Positions 1-15,119 are shown, counted from the stretch's first letter. The stretch is 64,000 bases of DNA from Neocallimastix sp. 'constans' (GCA_050613775.1 JBODTK010000105.1:434001-498000); one strand, 5' to 3'. Translations and numbers: made by a program. The notes: generated by a model not told the origin, from the sequence alone.

Positions 1-1432
1 TATATTTTTATTCAATTATTTTCTAAAAGATTCTAAGGAATTCTTTATCATTCTAAAGATTTCCGAAAGAGAATTTTTAATTAGTTTTAATATTTTATTT
101 TATTTTATATTTTCTTATTATAAATTAGTTTTATTATTAAATTGTCTTATGAATAATTATATAGTATTGTATTAAAAGATTCTTATCAATATTATTTTAT
201 TATTATATCTTATATAGTTTATATACATGTATGAATATATTAAGATTAGAATGTATTATTTAATTATTTTGTTAATTATTATTTTAGTTTAGTATAAAAA
301 AGATTTGAAATTCCATATTTTGAATTCTTTGTAAGATTATTAATCTAAACTATTAACATAAAGTTAATGAATTAATTATAACAATAAATAATTCTTTATA
401 TTAATCTTAGTTAATTTTATTATTAAAAATATATTAAATAAAGTTCTAATAAAACATAAATCTTAAATATTGAAATCTTAATTATAAAACTCTGTGTGTG
501 TTATTTATTATTTAAATTTAATTAAATTGTTATAATTAATAAGAACATCTTGACCTGAGCAATTTAACCCAAATTAGGAAAGATTTAGCAAGAATCTAAC
601 CTACCACTCAATAAGATTTAACTATAATCTTACCACCTATAAAATTTTTACATTTGATTATTTATCTATTATATAATTTATACATTCATTCATTAAATTA
701 GTAATTATATATCAAGTTAATATGTATTTGTACATTTATATATAGTTTTAATTTAATTAAAAAATTTTTCATTAAATTTATTTAGTATACATTTATTATA
801 TTTAATTTATTTAATTAATTATAAATTTTATTAATTTCTATAGTAATGAATTAATTATTTAATTATTATTTTTAATTAAAATTTGAATTAACTTATTCGG
901 ACTTTAAAGTTTTTTTTATTTTAGTTTTTTTTATTTCTTATTAAAATATAAATTAATTTTATCGGACTTAAGGTTTTTTCTAATTTATTATATTAATAAA
1001 TTGGTTTTTCCTTAAAGAACTTATCTAGTTTTTTCTTCTAATCTTTTTCTAGATAAGATAATTGTTAAGATTAGAAAACCTTTTAAATTATTATTTTATA
1101 TAAAATTTTATTATTTAATTTTTCGTATAAATAGCTATTGATTTCTCTAAATTTTTGAGAAATCAAGAGTTATTATTATATAACAAATATTAAATAAATA
1201 TATAATAATAATAAATAAAATCTATAACATTTTCAATAAGTGTTCTTTTTATTTTGTGTTGTTTATTATATTTGTTTATAATAAACTCTTCTTTGTCAAG
1301 ATAAGTTAAAATTTTCTTTATTTTTTCTAATTGTTTTCTTATTTTCTCAACTTGATGTTAATATCAGGTTGTAGTTAATAATTTTGTTATAATAAATATT
1401 ATAATGAAATTATTACACTTAGATTCGTTACA
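1..1432. mobile_element. Probable LTR-derived AT-rich sequence abutting the truncated Gypsy gag
   Basis: Non-coding; ends in TTCGTTACA at 1432, immediately followed by mid-gag coding sequence. No partner LTR or TSD visible in the window. Confidence 0.3.
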
Positions 1433-4400
1433 CCATCAATAAATCTAAACGACTAACAGACAAAGAAAGAGAAGAAGAAATTATTCAGGATGCAGAAACA
1501 AACAATAAAAAAGGTAAATATCGACATAAAGAAACAAAAACAGATGATGAAGTTCAAGAATTACCCAGCACCCGATTAAAGAAGAAGAAAGAAGATACTC
1601 CTACTATACTGCCTACCCCTAAAAAGATTACATTATTCCATGGGAAGAAGAGCTATGACATATAGGACGATCTAACTAAATTAATTGCAAATATCTCTAT
1701 TGCACAACTCTTAGACATAAGCCCAAAGCTGAGATCTGAGCTTACTAAAGCTCTAAAATTAAAAAGCCCCGAATTAGTTGAAGAAAACCCAGAAAAAGTA
1801 ATGATGTCCGCATTAACTAGGGATGATGTAGCTATTGCTGAATGCATAGTTGATAACGTTGCATTTTTGGATACTTGCCCTAGTATAAACATAATCACTA
1901 GATCTTTCCTCAACAAATTGAAGAATGATACTCCATCAGGTTTCTCTGACGATAATATTATACAAATATTCTCTTGCGAAAACATAAAAATGGAAACGTG
2001 TACTTTGAGAGTCCAATTTGGTAACGTATTCATTCAAGATAATTTCCGTATTATTGATCATGACTTGCAAATCTCCGATATCTTAATAGGTTACCGTACT
2101 CTTAAGGATAACAACCTATTTATTAATCCTATTGACAATTTCTTGTGTAGAATGAATGAAGATGAAGAATTGTATAGAATCATTCCACTACACAAGTACC
2201 ATTCCAACGACACTAATAATAATAATTCTTCTAAAGAAAACTCATCTAACGGTGATTCTCTCTTGTTCTGTTTAATTACGAATTGTAATGATAACAATAG
2301 AAAAGAATATAAAAATCAAATGGATTCTGGAACCGATTCCACTAGCGATGACGAAAAAGAAAATATTATTCAAGAAATTATTTAAGAATCTCCCATGGAT
2401 AGCCGTGTTAAAGTCATTAATCTATTTCGGAACTTTAAAGCTATACTCGCCACTAGAATTGAAGAACTTGGTCCAACTAAACTCCTTCCACATAATATCA
2501 CACTTATAGAAAATGCCAAACCAATTAAACAGAAGTGCTATCGCCTATCGAAGGTCCAAGCAAAGGCTCTTAAAGAAGAGATTACCAAACTTTTAAAGAA
2601 TAAATTAATTGTTCCTTCCAACTCACCTTGGTCCTTTCCTGTGATACTTGTTTTAAAGAAGAACAAAAAGTGGAGATTCTGTATCGATTATAGGAAGCTC
2701 AATAATGTTACCATCAAAGATGCATATGCTCTATCTGTAATCGATGAAATACTATTCTTTATTGGAAATTCGGTTAAATACTTTACTACCATTGATTTAT
2801 TTTCTGGCTTCCATCAAATCCCAATGAACGAAACCGATATCCGTAAAAACCAGTTTTACTACCATGTACAGGAATTACCAATTTTTGGTCATGCCCTTTG
2901 GACTATGTAATGCCCCAGCTACATTCCAAAGGGAGATGAATAGAATTTTTTTCCCATTAATAGGTGTTTGTATGTTTGTGTACATTGACGATCTCGTTAT
3001 ATTTTCTAAGTCTTTTGACGAACACATAAATGATATTATTAAAGTCTTCACAATTATACGTGATAATGGTTTAAAGGTTAACTTCAATAAATGTCACTTC
3101 TTCAAACAAAAGGTCAAACTATTAGGGCACACTATCTCTATTCAAGGCATCTCTCCGATTGACCGAAGGTTGAAGTTATTTCTAATTGGTTAGCTAGCAA
3201 ATTCGATACAATATTATTCACAGACCACAAACCTTTGGTCTTTTTAAAAACAAAGAGCCCAACAACGCACGACAAACGCATTGGATTATACTTCTCTCAA
3301 TGCTGAACGTCAAGGTAATGTATGAACTAAGAAAGAAGAACGTAGTAGCGGACGGTCTTTCTCGCATGGAAACCGTAAGTTTCAAAACAATCGCCGCTTT
3401 AGTTACAAGTCCTTCAACAATTAACACCACCGAAGACAATAGCTTACTTAGTATATTTAAAGAAAATTTTATTACAATAGAAAATGAAAATTGAAAAATA
3501 CTATATGGACAAAGAATCTCAAAACTTAAGGAAGGTAATCGAAAATAATAATAACAAAATAGATCTAGTATTAAAGGCTCACAGAGTAGGTCATGAGGAC
3601 GAATTCAAGACGTACAATAGACTAAAACGTGACTAATACTGGTCCAACATAATTTTGGATGTCGAATATATAGTATCAACTTGCCATAGATGCCAGATCT
3701 TTAGACCACAGAGGACAAACAACCAAACCGAAGATATCCCAACAAAACCCGGACTCCCTTTCACGAAGGTTGGATTAGATATAGTCGGACCATTACCAAA
3801 GTCAACAAAAGGAAACTTATATATCATAGTCTTAGTTGATTACCTCACGAAATGGGTTGAAGCTGAGGCTACGGATAAAATTGAATCTGACAATGTTATA
3901 TCCTTTCTTTCTAAGGTCTTTGCTCCTCACGGAATCCCGGAAGTACTTGTGACAGACAACGGTCCGCAGTTCCGTTCAGATAAAACAAAGTCTTTTCTCG
4001 ATTTATACGGAGTATATGTTCACTTTACCAGTACCTATCACCCGGAATCCAATGGGGAAGTCGAAAATAGAAATAAAGAGATAGGTAAATATTTAAGATT
4101 ACTATGTAATAACAACCAAGAAATATAGGATGACATGTTACCAAGTGCACTTTGGGCTTTATGCACTTGGTAACATGTCATCCTATATTTCTTGGTTTCG
4201 TTTTTACAAGTGCACTTTGGGCTTTATGCACTTGTAAAAACGAAACAACAAAGTTTTCCAGCTTCGAATTGCTTTATGGTAGATGCGACTTACAACCATT
4301 CGAGCTAATGGTTAACTTAGATAAGAAAGAAGATTACGAAAGCGAAGACGAATTCCTCATTAGACGATTTACAAAACATTATAAATGGATCAACGATGCC

Positions 4401-5526
4401 GTTAAGAATATCGAAACCGCGAATAAACTTTGGGAAGACCGCCGTAAACAAATGAAGAGACTTAGGGCAAACTACAATCCAGGTGACTTAGTAATGGTAA
4501 AACTCATCAACAGAAGAAAATTAGACCCATTTTTTGTTGGACCCATGAAGATCATTAAAAAACAATTCAATACTGTTACTCTTTGCGACCCAATCACAAA
4601 CCAAATCGCTGATGGCAACGTTCATTTAAAAAACATAGATCTATACCGAATTTGCGAAATAGAGACTGCAAGGGACGAAGTCTGAACTTGGAAAGAGGTA
4701 TCATGTTACGAAACAATACTATATATTAATAATTATTAAAGTCAGAAAAATATCATTTTATATTTTTTATTTTATATTTTTATTATTAAATTTATTATTT
4801 ATATTTTATATTTTTATTATTAAATTTATTATTTTATATTATGAATAATATTAAAAATGGTTAATTAGAAAAAAAAATTTTTAACCAATTAAATTTATAT
4901 ATTAAACTATAAAAATACCAAAGTAAAAGAAATAATCTTAATCTCTCTCTTAAAAATTTTAGTAAAAATAAAACAATAAAATAACAGTTAGTTTTAAGAA
5001 GTTTTGGTTTTGATTTTGTTTGTGTTATTTGTTGTTCTTGGTTTATTTTTAGGAGTTATAAATGTTAATTGTAATGGATATACATTTCAAAATTATTAAA
5101 TAATATTTTAAAATCCTGTATCATTATATTATTATTATTAAATCTTATTATTAAAATCTTTTATTAATATCAAATATAATAAAAATTATTATTAAATATT
5201 CTTATAAAAAATTAAATATAATTTAAATCATTATTAAATCTTAATTTTTTTTATTAAGTACAATAAAAATCTATTTCAACAAATATTTGATATAAAATAC
5301 AGAATTATAAGTTTCTGTATAATATTTTTTAAACCTTTGAAATAAACTATGAATAAAACAGAAATCAAAACTAAATTAAATCCTTATTAAAATAAAATGA
5401 ACCAAAATACAGAAATTCTTCAATAACAAAAATGAACAAAATGCAGAAAACATTAATTCTGTATAATTTTCTCTCTAAAGACAATATCAAGAAGAAGCTA
5501 CCACCGAGAACGCCCTTCGTGATACA
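1433..5526 (+). mobile_element. Degenerate Ty3/Gypsy LTR retrotransposon (gag C-terminus, protease, RT, partial RNase H, integrase, PPT, probable 3' LTR)
   Basis: Domain order PR (AFLDTCPSINII), RT (SPWSFPVILVLKK..WRFCIDYRKLN; MPFGLCNAPATFQ; YIDD), RH remnant (TDHKPL at ~3221; NVVADGLSR), IN (CHRC, GLDIVGP, TDNGPQF). Several stops and frameshifts; part of the connection/RNase H region is deleted near 3190. Purine tract GGAAAGAGG at 4690-4698, then TGTTACG at 4704; probable LTR end TTCGTGATACA at 5526 (tentative). Confidence 0.9.
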
Positions 5527-6479
5527 ATCTCCAAATTTAATTTTTATAGTTTAATTTAATAAATGTTATTTTTTTTAACAATATAAATAATATTATAAAT
5601 AATTTAAAATAATAGTAAAAAGTTAAAAATAAAATAGTTAGAATAGTTTTTCTTTAAAGAATATAGTAAAGATAAATAAAATATATTAAAATAAAAGTAT
5701 AAAAAGAAGAATAAATTTCTTTCTTTTTAATACTTGAAACAAATAATTTTAATTTTAAATTTAAATAAAGAATAAATTAAAAATTAATTTTTGTTTCCAA
5801 ATTTATTTTATCTTTATGTGTTAATATTTATTCTTTTGTTTTGAATATCTTAGTGTTTCAACCCCAGCCCGTTAACTGATGATAAAAAATGCCCAAATAA
5901 TGTTGTTTTAGTTATTCATTATACATAATTCATTTAACCCTTAAATAAATTATTTGATTCTTTATTCTTTTGGAACTTTCTATACACTAATAATTCAATC
6001 TTTATTCCTAATTAGTACAAATTAAATTCCTAGTCTAAAAAAAAAAAAAAAAAAAAAAAAAAGTACAAATTAAATTATCCTATTTTAAATTATTATTAAT
6101 ACTAATTCCTAATCAATATTATTTTTATTAATCTTATCAATACTTTATTATTATTAAAAATACTTTACCAATATTATATAGCTTATTTTATCAATTTTAT
6201 TAGTACTTTATCAAAAATTTATCAATATTTCTTTTATTAATATTAAACTTATCAATATTATTTATTTCTTTGGAAAATTCCAAATTAAAAAATTTATTAT
6301 ATTGATTACTAATAAAAATTAAGTTTAAAAAGAAGATGTTTATATTATTATTATATGTTTTATTATAAATAATATATTATAAATTTGATGAAATTATTAT
6401 AAATTTTATATTAACAATTTAAATAATATTATTTTTCTAAAATTAGTAAAATTAAGCATTAGAATTGAATAAATATTAC

Positions 6480-6944
6480 TAAACCATATATTTGTGCTCT
6501 TGGTCAAAGAGCATTTTCATAATCAATTACAGAGATAGACACTCTATTCGTTGTTTCTAATAGATCATATAGCTCCAAATATCTTGTATTAAAATTTTTT
6601 AATCGGGTTCCTATAGTAAAGCGTTTAAGTTGTCTAAGTTTATTGTCCTTTTTTTGTTTTCTTTTCATTATTTATTCTTAACTAGTTCAACACATTCATT
6701 TAAAGTCAAGGGTCTATTTACTTCAGATTCTTTTTCTTTTTAATATTTTTACAATATCATCTTCAGCAGAAGAGATAATGTAACTAAATTCATCTTTATC
6801 AGAAGTAACACCTTCTCTTTGAAACCAATTTCTAATTCTAAATTTTCAAATCTCGGCATCCCTACGAGATCCACCAATTCTCGTGAGAGTTTTGGTATTG
6901 ACATCTGAACCACTAAATCTACTATTACCACAGCTAGTACTCAT
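6480..6944 (-). pseudogene. Retrotransposon gag fragment, same family as 58700-59759
   Basis: Minus-strand translation MSTSCGNSRFSGSDVNTKTLTRIGGSRRDAEI*KFRIRNWFQREGVTSDKDEFSYIISSAEDDIVKILKEKESEVNRPLTL aligns with the 59517-59759 ORF (NSNFTGNRVDTGTLPRICESRRDDIWKFKINDWLKREDITIDENKYSYIIGAVEDGIVRVLMEKEKEVNRALTL); internal stops. Confidence 0.75.
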
Positions 6945-9022
6945 TGATATTATTAAATATTATTTATAATAATGCTTATCTATTAATTTATATATTATAA
7001 ATATTAATATATATATATTTATTTTATTTTATTTTATCTATTTCATTTTATTTTAATTTTAAATTTTTTGTTACAATATAATTAATTGCTTTCTTCAACT
7101 ATTCTAGTAATCACAACCAATTATTATTAATAAATATTGTTAATTTTATATATATATATAATAATAATAATAAATATTACCTTTTTTAAACTATAATATT
7201 AACAAGAAATAAAACGATAATGTGAACTTTAAAAATATTTGTCCACAATTAAAAGAAAAGAAAAAATGTTAAAGATACAGTAGGATTAATAAATCATGCT
7301 GTAGAATTGGCTCATCCTATAAAAGAAAATGAAATCCATAATATAAATTTAAATAATAATATTTTTTCCTTTTAATAAATCATATTAGTTATTTGAAAGG
7401 TCAAGAATATTTAACTAACAATATGAATTTATTTGAAAAATTTTAAAGAAGAAAAAATAACATCAAGGTGTACAAATAATACTACAGGCACATTTGACGG
7501 TTATAAAGATTTTCTTTTATGATAAACAATTTATAAATTCAACTTAAAGCACATCCTCTATTTGAAAGATGTAGTGAGGAACATTCTTAGGGGTAACGAA
7601 TTGATAAAACTGGGGATTAGTTCAATTAAATTTTTTTTTCTTTTTTTTTTTTTTGGTGAATGATTAAGAGAAATATGTGAGGCATTTAGAAAAAAAATTT
7701 TTTTAAAGGTTAATAAAGTAATAAATTAATTAATAATAAAACAAATAATATATTTAAATTAAATAAATATCAAATACATAAAAAATAAATAAATAATACT
7801 TTAATAATTAGATTTAAAAACAAATTTAAAATATATATTATAAATATATATAACAAAAAATATACATTTTTATTGATATTTAATAAATATTAATATATAT
7901 TCTTTATAAAAGAGACGTTTATAAATAATTTAGTAAAAAAAAAAAAAAAAAAAAAAGTTATGTAAATATATAATTGTATAAAAATCCTTTTTAAAATTAT
8001 TTCAATATTTCAATATTTAAAAAGTTTTGTTTTTTCAATTAATACAGAATTAATATTTATTATTATTGCTAAAATTTATTATTATATGTATTATTTTTTA
8101 TTGATTCAAATAATCTATGAAAAGAAAAAAATATTCTAAAATTATTAAATATTTAATTTTTTATCCAATGAATAAAAATAAAATAAAATAAAAAATAAAA
8201 TAAAATAAAAAATATCTTTTTAATTAATAATTATTTTTAAAACTTTTATAAACGTAATATATTATTATAAATATATGATTTATTTATATTTGTTTATTTT
8301 ATTATTTATTTATTTATTTTATCATTTCTTTATTTTATTATTTATTTCATTATTTTATTATTCATTTATTTTATTATTTATTAAAATTTTGTTAAATGTA
8401 CCTTTACGAAATGCAACTTAATTTAATTGTTCTTATTCTTAATTTAAATTTCTGTTTAAAATCCAAATTATTTAAATTAATTTAAAATTAGTTTCTTTTG
8501 TTTATTTTTGCATTTTTCCTATTAACTATGAAATTCTTATTAGAAATTTTTGTAAACTTTCTGAATTTCAAAAAACAAATTGTAACACTTTTTTTCATGT
8601 TAGTAATAATATATTATATAACTATTACTATTTTATATTTTAATAAGTTCAATAGTAATTTTATTACAATGTAAGGTAATTAATTGAGAATTCCGTTTTT
8701 TTTTTAATATTTCTTTTAGTGTTAGACTATTTAAAAGTGGATATAATGAATTAAATATAAAAATCAAAAATCAAATTTATATAAAGTAATATCTGAAGAT
8801 TAAACTGGTTCTGTTTTAATTTAAGAAATGTTAACCATAAAAGATGATATGGATAAATTGAATAATAAAATTTTTTTTATTTTTAACAATATTTAAAGTA
8901 ATTTAACAACAAAAAAATTAAAATTAAAATTAAAATTAAAATTAAAAATTAATATAAATAAAAAAAATTTATAAAAAAAAAAAATAAAGAAATGAATAAA
9001 AAATTTTAAGGAAAGGAAAGGA

Positions 9023-9054
<32 letters not shown>

Positions 9055-11923
9055 AATTTTTTTTTAATTATTCTATAAATAAAATAATAATAATTTTATA
9101 ATTAAAATTTTTATAAAAAAAAATTTTTTTTATTCTTTTCTAAATCATTAAAATAAAGAAATAAAAAAAAAAATTTTTATAAAATTTATTTTAATATTTA
9201 TTATAAAAAATTTAAAAATTAAAAATTTAAAAATTTAAAAAAAAAATTTAAAAATTTAAAAAAAAAAAAAAAAATTAAAATAAAATTTTTTAATTAATGA
9301 TAAAAATCAACTAATAATTAATTAATTTTATGACATCAATTGAAATTATTTAATTTTTATGCCATTCATCAAAAATTTCATGGAATATAAATACGGCTAG
9401 AATTTTCCCATTAAAAAAATTTTTTTCTTTTTTTTTTTTTCTTTATGATTAGAAGATAAATAATAACATAATTAATAATAAAAAGAGTATTTATTAATAA
9501 ATAAATAAATAATAAAAAGAGTATTTATTAATAAATAAATAATAAACAACTGAATAATTAAATATTAAATAAATAATAAAAAGAGTATATATTAATAAAT
9601 TATAAAATAATCATATACAGTAGTGAGTTAATACCAAATAAAACAATAAAGATATAACGCCAATAATTTTAATAATACTAAAAAAAAATATAGTATATAT
9701 ATTATAAATTTATAAAGAATATAAAAAATGAGATAATATTAAAATTTTCAATGTATTAAAAAAAGAAAAAGGAGAATCGTATGAATAAATAAATATACAT
9801 TGTGAATTGATAAAATATCATTTTAGAAAAAAAAAAAAGAAATAATATTATGATAATTTTATTTAAATTTTATGTTGTATTGATAAAAGAATAAAATATA
9901 AAATTTCAGGAAGTAACAATAATTTATGGAGATTAAAATTTATATAATTATTTTAATGGAATTCAGAAAAATTTAAAACTTATTATTGAAAATAATGGAA
10001 TGAATATAAAGAAAAGTTATTATAATAAAAAGGTATAAATATAAAGAAAAGTTATTATAATAAAAAGGTATAATTTATATTTATATATATTAATGTATAG
10101 AATATATGAAATGGAATAAGTTAATAGATAAAAGGTAATAAAAGTTGTCAATACAAACATATTTATATTGTTTATGCTTTAAAAATTAGCCAATATATTA
10201 AATTTTAACCTTAAATTTCTTAATAATAAAAATTAGTGAAATAACGAATTTATATTTTAGTATATAAAGTAATAATATTTTTTTAATAACATGAATTATA
10301 TATATTTAGTTTATATCCATAAAAATGTATTCTATTTATATAATAAAAAATATATATTTATTATTAAATTAAATATATATATCATGTTAAATATGAAATG
10401 GATAAATATATATAATTTTTTTTAAATTTTATATATTATATAATATAAATACTATTATTTTTTTTTTTTTTTTCATTTAAAAATGTTCTAATATATAAAA
10501 TAAATTTTATTTGAAAATATATATTTGATATGAATGTATTTTTATATATATTTTAATATATTTATTTCTAAATACTAAAATTATGTTTTGAATAGTTTTA
10601 TATTGAAATAATATTAAAAATATATTTTAAAAAATTTATAATTATTTTTTATATAAATAAATTTTAAATTAACCCTAAAAAGTTGGTATCTGTTATTTTT
10701 TATAGTTTTTGAAAACTTTTATTCTCTAGTAAAAAAGATATTTTAATTATTATTTAATAGTTTTTTTAATGATAGTAAAAGCATATAAAATACATATCAA
10801 TGATACCTACTTTGAAGTTTAGTTGGAATTATTAGAATCTGCTAAATTTTTTATTTTTATTATTTTTTTTATATTAATTTTTTTATATATATTAATTTTT
10901 TTTTTTTTACCCCCATTTCTCAGAAACATTCTCTCTTTCTCTTTCTCTCTCTATTTTAGTTATTAAATTCCATTTAATTGATATTTTTTATATATATTTT
11001 TATCTTTAATTATTTGTTTCTTTACTTTTTATAAAAGTATCCACATTTTTTTTTATTTTATTTTTATTATTTTTATTTTTATTTTTATTTTTATTGTTTA
11101 TTATTTATCATTTATTATTTATTTATTATAAAAAAATTTAAATATAAAGATTTTAATAATAATGTTTAAAAATGTTTTTTTTTTATTTATTTTTCATCTC
11201 TTTATTGTTTTTTTTTTTTTTTTTTTTTTAAATTTTTAATTTAATGAATAAACATTAATTTATGTTAAACATCAATAAATCTATTATAATAATACTAATC
11301 TATGGAACATTACACGTGTTAATATACTCCTTTGCTTCTTTTAAAAATTGATGAATCAGAAAAAAATTTAAAGATCTTATTTAAGAAATAAATAATTTTT
11401 TTTTTTGTTTATATCACAAACTAAATTTATTTAAAGGGTCTTCCCCATATTTTATATGTCCCTCTGTACATTAATTATAATGTATTTTAATTTTATCCAA
11501 TAAATATCATTGAAATAGTTTACGTATTAAAAGAATATATATTACAGTATAATCTAATATATTAGAATTTAATAATTTTAAACATTAGCCATTATGATAT
11601 TTTTTCATCATAATAATATTTCATTTTTATTTAATAGAAAGTATATATTAATATATATTATAATAAATATTAAATTCTATTGTATCAAAAAAAATTTATT
11701 ATATTCTATTCTATCAAAAAAAAAAAATGATTAACTTAACATTTAATTTTACTATATGATAAAATCTATTAACTCATATATTAAATATTTTAAATTAAAT
11801 TATATAAATATATTTAATATATTATTTATTTACATTGTAATATAATAGACAATATATATTTATATATTAATATTTAAATCAATTTTTTTTTTTTTAATTT
11901 TGAAATACACAAATAAAATTTAT

Positions 11924-11980
<57 letters not shown>

Positions 11981-12591
11981 TTTATTGTTACTGCAAATAT
12001 ATTTATATTTGAAGAAGAGAAACTAATTATTGTAAAGTATTAACGGGATTATTAATTTCAATTTAAATAATAATAGTTTTTTAATACTTTTTCAATAGTT
12101 TTGAATAAGATATTTTATATATATTATATTTATTACTAAAAGAATTTTTAAAATTAAAATATATAATTAAAATTAAAAAATATTGAAAATTAAACTCTTT
12201 AAAATTAAAATAAAAAAAATCTTGAAAAACTAACATTAATCTATTTTATAATTTTTATATATCAATATTCATATTTTTCATAATTTGAACTCTACAATCT
12301 ATTTTTTTTTTGATTTTTAATTTATTATTATTATTAAAACTATTAATTCACTTTGATTTAAAACTAATTTTATTTTATATTAAATAATTTTTAATTTTCA
12401 ATTAATGGATTTCGTAATATTAATAATAAATAAATCAAATTAATGGTTATTAATATTTAAATAAATAGTCAATTCAAATAACAATAATATTAAATAATAA
12501 TAATATTAAATAAAAATAATAATAATAATTAAAATTAAATAAATATAAAAAAAAATTTCAAATAATATTAATAAATAATATATATAACAAA

Positions 12592-13617
12592 ATGCAAAAA
12601 TACACCATAAAAGTTCCATCTTCTACTTCAAATATTGGACCAGGATTCGATGTTTTAGGTCTTGGTTTAAAATTATTTTTAACTATTCATGTTACTGTTC
12701 ATGATGATGAGAGACCAACAACTATAAATTATACTGATAAGACCCCAAAGGGTTCAGTATCGTTGGATCTTGAAGAAAATTTAATTACTAAAACTGCATT
12801 ATACCTTGCACGTTCCTATGGAACTACCCTTCCAAATGGTTTAGAACTTCTTGTAGATAATGATATTCCATTAGGTCGTGGTTTAGGTTCATCTGGTACA
12901 GCCATTGTTGCTGGTGTTATGTTAGCTAATTACGCTTGTGGATTAAACTTACCAAAAGAAAGATTATTAGATTACTGTATCATGGTGGAAGGACATCCAG
13001 ATAATGTAGCAGCCTCCTTATTAGGTGGTTTTGTTGCCAGTTATTTAAATGAAAAGGCAACAACCCTTCCAAAAATGAAATGGGGTGCTGAAAATACTAT
13101 TCCACAAGAGCAAATTGCATACCAAACTAGTGCTTGTATAAAAATGAAATGGTCAAAGGCAGTTAAAGTTGTTGTTGTTATTCCAAAATATGAATTAGCT
13201 ACTTCATTAGCTCGTTCTGTTCTTCCTCTTCAATATGGTCGTAAGGATGTTGTTTTCAATCTTCAAAGAGTCACTGTCCTTACCCATGCCTTAGCTGAAG
13301 ATAATCCAGACCCAGAAGTAATACATGAAGCTATGCAAGATAGAATTCATCAACACTACAGACAAAAATTAATTCCAGGTCTTCCAGAAATTATAGCTTT
13401 GAAACCAGGATTTATGGAAGGTTTCATTGGTGCTTGTATGAGTGGTGCTGGTCCAACTGTTTTAATTTTAGCTACTAGTAATTTTGAAGCCATTGGTAAA
13501 AAGATTCAAGAAATATTTATGAATACTAAAGATGAAAATGGTAAAGGTATTGATAGTTATGTTAAGGTTTTAGATGTTTTCGAAGATGGTGCTGTCATTA
13601 TACCAGAAGAAAATTAA
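12592..13617 (+). CDS. THR1: Homoserine kinase (GHMP kinase family), intronless, 341 aa
   Basis: KVPSSTSNIGPGFDVLG, IPLGRGLGSSG ATP loop, EGHPDNVAASLLGG, DRIHQHYR, MSGAGPT. Confidence 0.97.
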   Translation: MQKYTIKVPSSTSNIGPGFDVLGLGLKLFLTIHVTVHDDERPTTINYTDKTPKGSVSLDLEENLITKTALYLARSYGTTLPNGLELLVDNDIPLGRGLGSSGTAIVAGVMLANYACGLNLPKERLLDYCIMVEGHPDNVAASLLGGFVASYLNEKATTLPKMKWGAENTIPQEQIAYQTSACIKMKWSKAVKVVVVIPKYELATSLARSVLPLQYGRKDVVFNLQRVTVLTHALAEDNPDPEVIHEAMQDRIHQHYRQKLIPGLPEIIALKPGFMEGFIGACMSGAGPTVLILATSNFEAIGKKIQEIFMNTKDENGKGIDSYVKVLDVFEDGAVIIPEEN

Positions 13618-15088
13618 AAAAAAAAAAATTTATATTTTATCAATTTAATAATTTAAAATAATTCAAATAATTTAAAATTAATTAAAAACAAATTATCAGA
13701 ATAAAAAAATTAACAAATTAAAAAAAAAATAATAAATAATAACAGCTTTCCAATACAATTCACAAACAAAAATTACCATAGATATAAAAAAAAAATATTT
13801 AATTTTATTTTATAAAACAATATAATATATTTATTTTTAAATTAATAAGATAGATATAATATAGAAGATTAAATGCTATGTTTTTTTTTTAAAAAATAAT
13901 AAATATATAATAATTTTTTTAATAATTTAAAGCAAAATAATTAATAAAATATAAAATCAATAAAAAGTAAAAAGTTAGTATATATATAAATATATATATA
14001 TAACAAAATAAAATAAATAAAAAAAATTATAAAAAAATTAAAAATATATATATATATATAAATATATATGTTTTTGTAATAATAATTATTATTTTTTTTT
14101 TTTTTTATAATTGTGAAAAAATGATAGACAGGTATAATTATATATATGTTATCTTATATGTTATTTTATATATATAACTAAAATATAAAATCAAGAAAAT
14201 TTTAATGAATTTCATTTTAAATTTAGTTTTATAAATTTAATATTTTTGTTTTAAATTTAGTTCTTTAAATTTTGTATTTTTATTATAAATTTAGTTTAAA
14301 TTCATAATAAAAAAAAAATTAATTAATTTATTATTATTATTATTATTTTATTATCTTTGTTTTTTGTAACAGTTTTTAAATTTTTATTCAAATTGACAAT
14401 TCTTTGTTAAATCTTGAAAATTATTTTTAAACAGTTATTACTAAATGATTTTTTATCAAATTGGCTTATCTCTGTTGAACTTTACAATCTTTATATTCTA
14501 ATGAGAAAAACAAATAAAATAGAAAATTAAAATTAATATATTATTTTTTTTTTTTTTTTATTTATAAAATATTAAAATAATATTTAAATAATAATATTAT
14601 CATAATTAATTAAATATATTGATTATATATATTAGTATTACTATTGAAGATACTACTTATATATTAATTATATATATTAGTATTACTACTGAAGATTACT
14701 ACTTTAATTCCCACCATGTTTTTAATGTTTAAAAATTTTAATTTTATAATTAGACTATTAAATAAATGTATGAATAATAATTAACTAAATAAATATCTTA
14801 GTCTAAATCAAATACTCGGTGAATTTAATGTTATGACATTTATTTACTTTAGTAGTATTCATTCATTTACATAATTAATATGAAATAAGAAAATTTGGTT
14901 TTAATCTAAAAGTTTAATATTACTTACAAAGTTAATTTTAAAAAAAAATTTAGATATTTACCTTTATGATGAGTTATATAAAACATAAACGAAGAAGTTT
15001 TATTACAATTAATTAAAAATGTATTTATATAATAAACCTTTAAAATATTAAATTGAATTGAATATATAGTAACATTAAAGCGATGTCC

Positions 15089-15119
<31 letters not shown>

